In this document: piece after piece, positions 25,630-27,609 of the stretch
Layout of the letters: each line of letters opens with the position of its first letter
Position numbering within the stretch: the stretch's first letter is position 1
NCBI GenBank assembly: GCA_937897785.1
Contig: CALCNB010000315.1
Coordinates: forward strand, 1-27,609
DNA: 27,609 bases
From: an uncultured Cellvibrionales bacterium
Lineage (GTDB): Bacteria; Pseudomonadota; Gammaproteobacteria; Pseudomonadales; UBA7434
Direction of reading: 5' to 3'
Made by a program: the position numbers and the translations under genes
Notes under the pieces: model-generated
Database searches by the model: none
What the model was told of the DNA's origin: nothing
What the model saw: only the letters and a program-made list of their open reading frames with translations

Positions 25630-26740
25630 GGCCTACCGTATCGCTGCTGGTTTGACGAATCTTAAAATACGCATGCTCGCTGATTTCATGATAGGCCGTG
25701 ACATTTTTGCGGTAAGCATCATAAGAGCGATAAATTTTATCAAACATGGGGTCCCTTGCCGCATTCTCCGCTAACACCTCTGCCGATATCTGTCGCAAAA
25801 CAGCAATAATCTCATCGGGATAGGGACGAATTTCAACCCCCTGCTTGGCCAATTCAAGTAAGGCGGTATTGTTCCTTGAAGTGTATTCATCGAGCATGTC
25901 TTGATTAATCGCTCTAGCCGCCGTTTCAACAATAGCGATCAGGTCATCCGGCAAGCTATCATAGGCTTGCTGGTTAATAATTAACTCAATACTCGGCCCT
26001 GGCTCTTGCCAGCCGGGGTAGTAATAATATTGAGCAACGTTTTGAAACCCAAAGGCAAGATCATTGTAAGGCGCAACCCACTCAGCGGCATCGATAACAC
26101 CGGTTTGCATCGAGGTGTAAATTTCACCGCCCGGTAAGTTCACTGCCGTGCCACCGGCGCGGGTAAAGACTTCACCACCTAAGCCAGGAATTCGCATGCT
26201 TAAGCCTTTGAAGTCATCAATAGTGCGAAGTTCTTTATTATACCAGCCGCCCATTTGAATGCCGGTATTGCCAGCCGCCATCGGGACTAAATTAAACGGC
26301 GCATAGAGCTCTCGCCATAAAGCTAAACCGCCGCCATAATGCAGCCAGCCATTCATTTCTTGCGCATTTAAACCAAACGGCACGGAAGTAAAGAGTGGTG
26401 CGGCGGGTATCTTACCCTTCCAGTAATACGCCGCACCATGACCCATTTCTGCCGTGCCACTCGATACCGCGCTAAAGACTTCTAGGGCGGGTACAATCTC
26501 TCCGGCGGCATAAACTTTTATCATTAAACGGCCGTTCGACATTCGCTCAACTAACGCAGCGAAATTCTCCGGAGCAACCCCTAAGCCGGGAAAATTCTTT
26601 GGCCATGTAGTGACAAGCTTCCATTTAAACGTTTGCTGCTCTGCTTGCGCATTACCCGATGTATTGGCAACATTCTCTGCTTGGCAAGCGATTAAACTTA
26701 GCGCAACAATAATTAAAAAGTAAGATTTTATAATCTGCAT
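25622..26740 (-). CDS. dctP: TRAP substrate-binding protein DctP, TakP-type, with lipoprotein signal
   Basis: WKLVTTWP, YYWKGK, GNTGIQMGGWY, MRIPGLGG, DAAEWVAPYND, YYYPGWQEPG. From ATG 26740 the N-terminus is MQIIKSYFLIIVALSLIA-C. The track start (26809) runs into uvrD and is unlikely. Confidence 0.9.
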   Translation of the reverse strand: MQIIKSYFLIIVALSLIACQAENVANTSGNAQAEQQTFKWKLVTTWPKNFPGLGVAPENFAALVERMSNGRLMIKVYAAGEIVPALEVFSAVSSGTAEMGHGAAYYWKGKIPAAPLFTSVPFGLNAQEMNGWLHYGGGLALWRELYAPFNLVPMAAGNTGIQMGGWYNKELRTIDDFKGLSMRIPGLGGEVFTRAGGTAVNLPGGEIYTSMQTGVIDAAEWVAPYNDLAFGFQNVAQYYYYPGWQEPGPSIELIINQQAYDSLPDDLIAIVETAARAINQDMLDEYTSRNNTALLELAKQGVEIRPYPDEIIAVLRQISAEVLAENAARDPMFDKIYRSYDAYRKNVTAYHEISEHAYFKIRQTSSDTVGHD

Positions 26741-26769
26741 ACCGTTATCTCTTTTAGGTTTATAACACA

Positions 26770-27609
26770 CTAAACGGCTTCTAAATTGGCATAGGCCGCC
26801 ACTAACCATTTACTGCCTTCATCATCAAAATTAACTTGCACCCGTGCATTGCTGCCCTGACCTTCGATATTTAATACGATACCCTGCCCAAATACACTGT
26901 GCATAACGCGCTGGCCTAACAACAAGCCCGTCTCATGACCATCGCTGGCATGACTCATGTTAGCACTGAGCGGCCGGCTAATATTGGCCTTGATTCTGAC
27001 TTCTTTTAAACAATTAGCCGGTATTTCACGAACAAACCGCGATACCGTATTGTACGACTCTTGACCGTACCAGCGCCGCGTTTCGGCATAGCTCAGATAA
27101 AGCTGACGCATGGCGCGGGTAATACCCACATAGCAGAGACGGCGCTCCTCTTCTAAGCGGCCGGGCTCTTCCAGTGACATTTTATGCGGGAACAGATTCT
27201 CTTCGACACCGGCTAAATAAACCACCGGAAACTCTAAGCCTTTGGCTGAATGAAGGGTCATTAACTGAACTGCATCGGTATACTCGTCGGCCTGTTGATC
27301 CCCAGCATCCAATGCCGCCGTGTCTAAAAAAGCCCTTAATGGGGAGGGCTCATCAGGATCTGGCTCAAATTGTCGCGTAGCATTTAATAATTCTTGCAAA
27401 TTTTCTACTCGGGCTCGGCCTTTCTCACCGCTTTCTTTGCCATGAAAAGCCAAAAGGTCACTGGCCTCGAGTACGTACTCTGCCGCCGCTTCAAGTGACA
27501 GCCGCTGGCAAGCTTCATCACAGTCATCGATTAATGCCATAAATCCTTGCACGGCCGTCAGTGCACGACGGGTTAAACCACTCTCAGCCAGCAAGACTTC
27601 GCAAGCTCG
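26770..27609 (-). CDS. uvrD: DNA helicase II UvrD, C-terminal part (5' end outside the window)
   Basis: RVENLQEL, VQLMTLHSAKGLEFP.V...G.EE.LFP, EEERRLCYVGITRA, SRF..EIP, and a C-terminal Tudor domain (GQRV.H..FG.G.V...EG.G..ARVQVNF). The frame stays open to the edge. Confidence 0.95.
   Translation of the reverse strand, partial: RACEVLLAESGLTRRALTAVQGFMALIDDCDEACQRLSLEAAAEYVLEASDLLAFHGKESGEKGRARVENLQELLNATRQFEPDPDEPSPLRAFLDTAALDAGDQQADEYTDAVQLMTLHSAKGLEFPVVYLAGVEENLFPHKMSLEEPGRLEEERRLCYVGITRAMRQLYLSYAETRRWYGQESYNTVSRFVREIPANCLKEVRIKANISRPLSANMSHASDGHETGLLLGQRVMHSVFGQGIVLNIEGQGSNARVQVNFDDEGSKWLVAAYANLEAV

Noticed and set aside
26741-26809. Track N-terminal extension of DctP (also extensions for DHFR, peroxidase, HU, proC, yggS, yqgE, dctM)
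   Set aside because: The extensions overlap neighbouring genes or lack homology-like sequence; downstream ATGs fit the family N-termini better.
476-27380. The many short antisense or alternate-frame ORFs in the track (e.g. 476-673, 4194-4484, 7357-7710, 8674-9012, 12319-12693, 14885-15181, 16815-17264, 18284-18616, 27174-27380)
   Set aside because: All lie wholly or mostly within well-supported genes, show no recognisable motifs, and are the expected shadow ORFs.
1-27609. CRISPR arrays, REP-like repeats, IS elements, tRNA/rRNA, riboswitches, defence genes
   Set aside because: I saw no recurrent spaced repeats, terminal inverted repeats, transposase/integrase motifs or structured-RNA signatures. 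Manual reading could miss weak ncRNAs, so an Infernal/Rfam scan would be decisive.

Overview
Gene-dense, mostly core-genome segment of an AT-leaning Gammaproteobacterium. The Pseudomonas-like blocks hupA-rubredoxin/reductase-ubiC-ubiA and yggT-proC-yggS-pilT-yqgF-yqgE suggest a marine Pseudomonadales/Cellvibrionales-type organism (inference). I can support 32 CDS, two of them cut by the window edges: a DUF3429-like gene at the left, absent from the ORF track, and uvrD at the right. I found no rRNA, tRNA, CRISPR array, IS/transposase, integrase or phage gene. The most noteworthy items are: (1) an in-frame rubredoxin + linker + rubredoxin reductase fusion; (2) a TakP-type TRAP transporter split into two face-to-face units around a thioesterase and an SRPBCC gene, with a lipoprotein-type binding protein; (3) a dihydrofolate reductase with Glu/Phe at the E. 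coli Asp27/Leu28 positions; (4) an orphan 3-ketosteroid Delta4-dehydrogenase-like flavoprotein; (5) a small 2-TM zinc-ribbon protein coupled to an Asp/Glu symporter; (6) a degenerate stand-alone SirB1-like gene. All family calls come from motif recognition without database searches, so novelty is unverified. I do not see strong evidence for a complete new multi-gene system.
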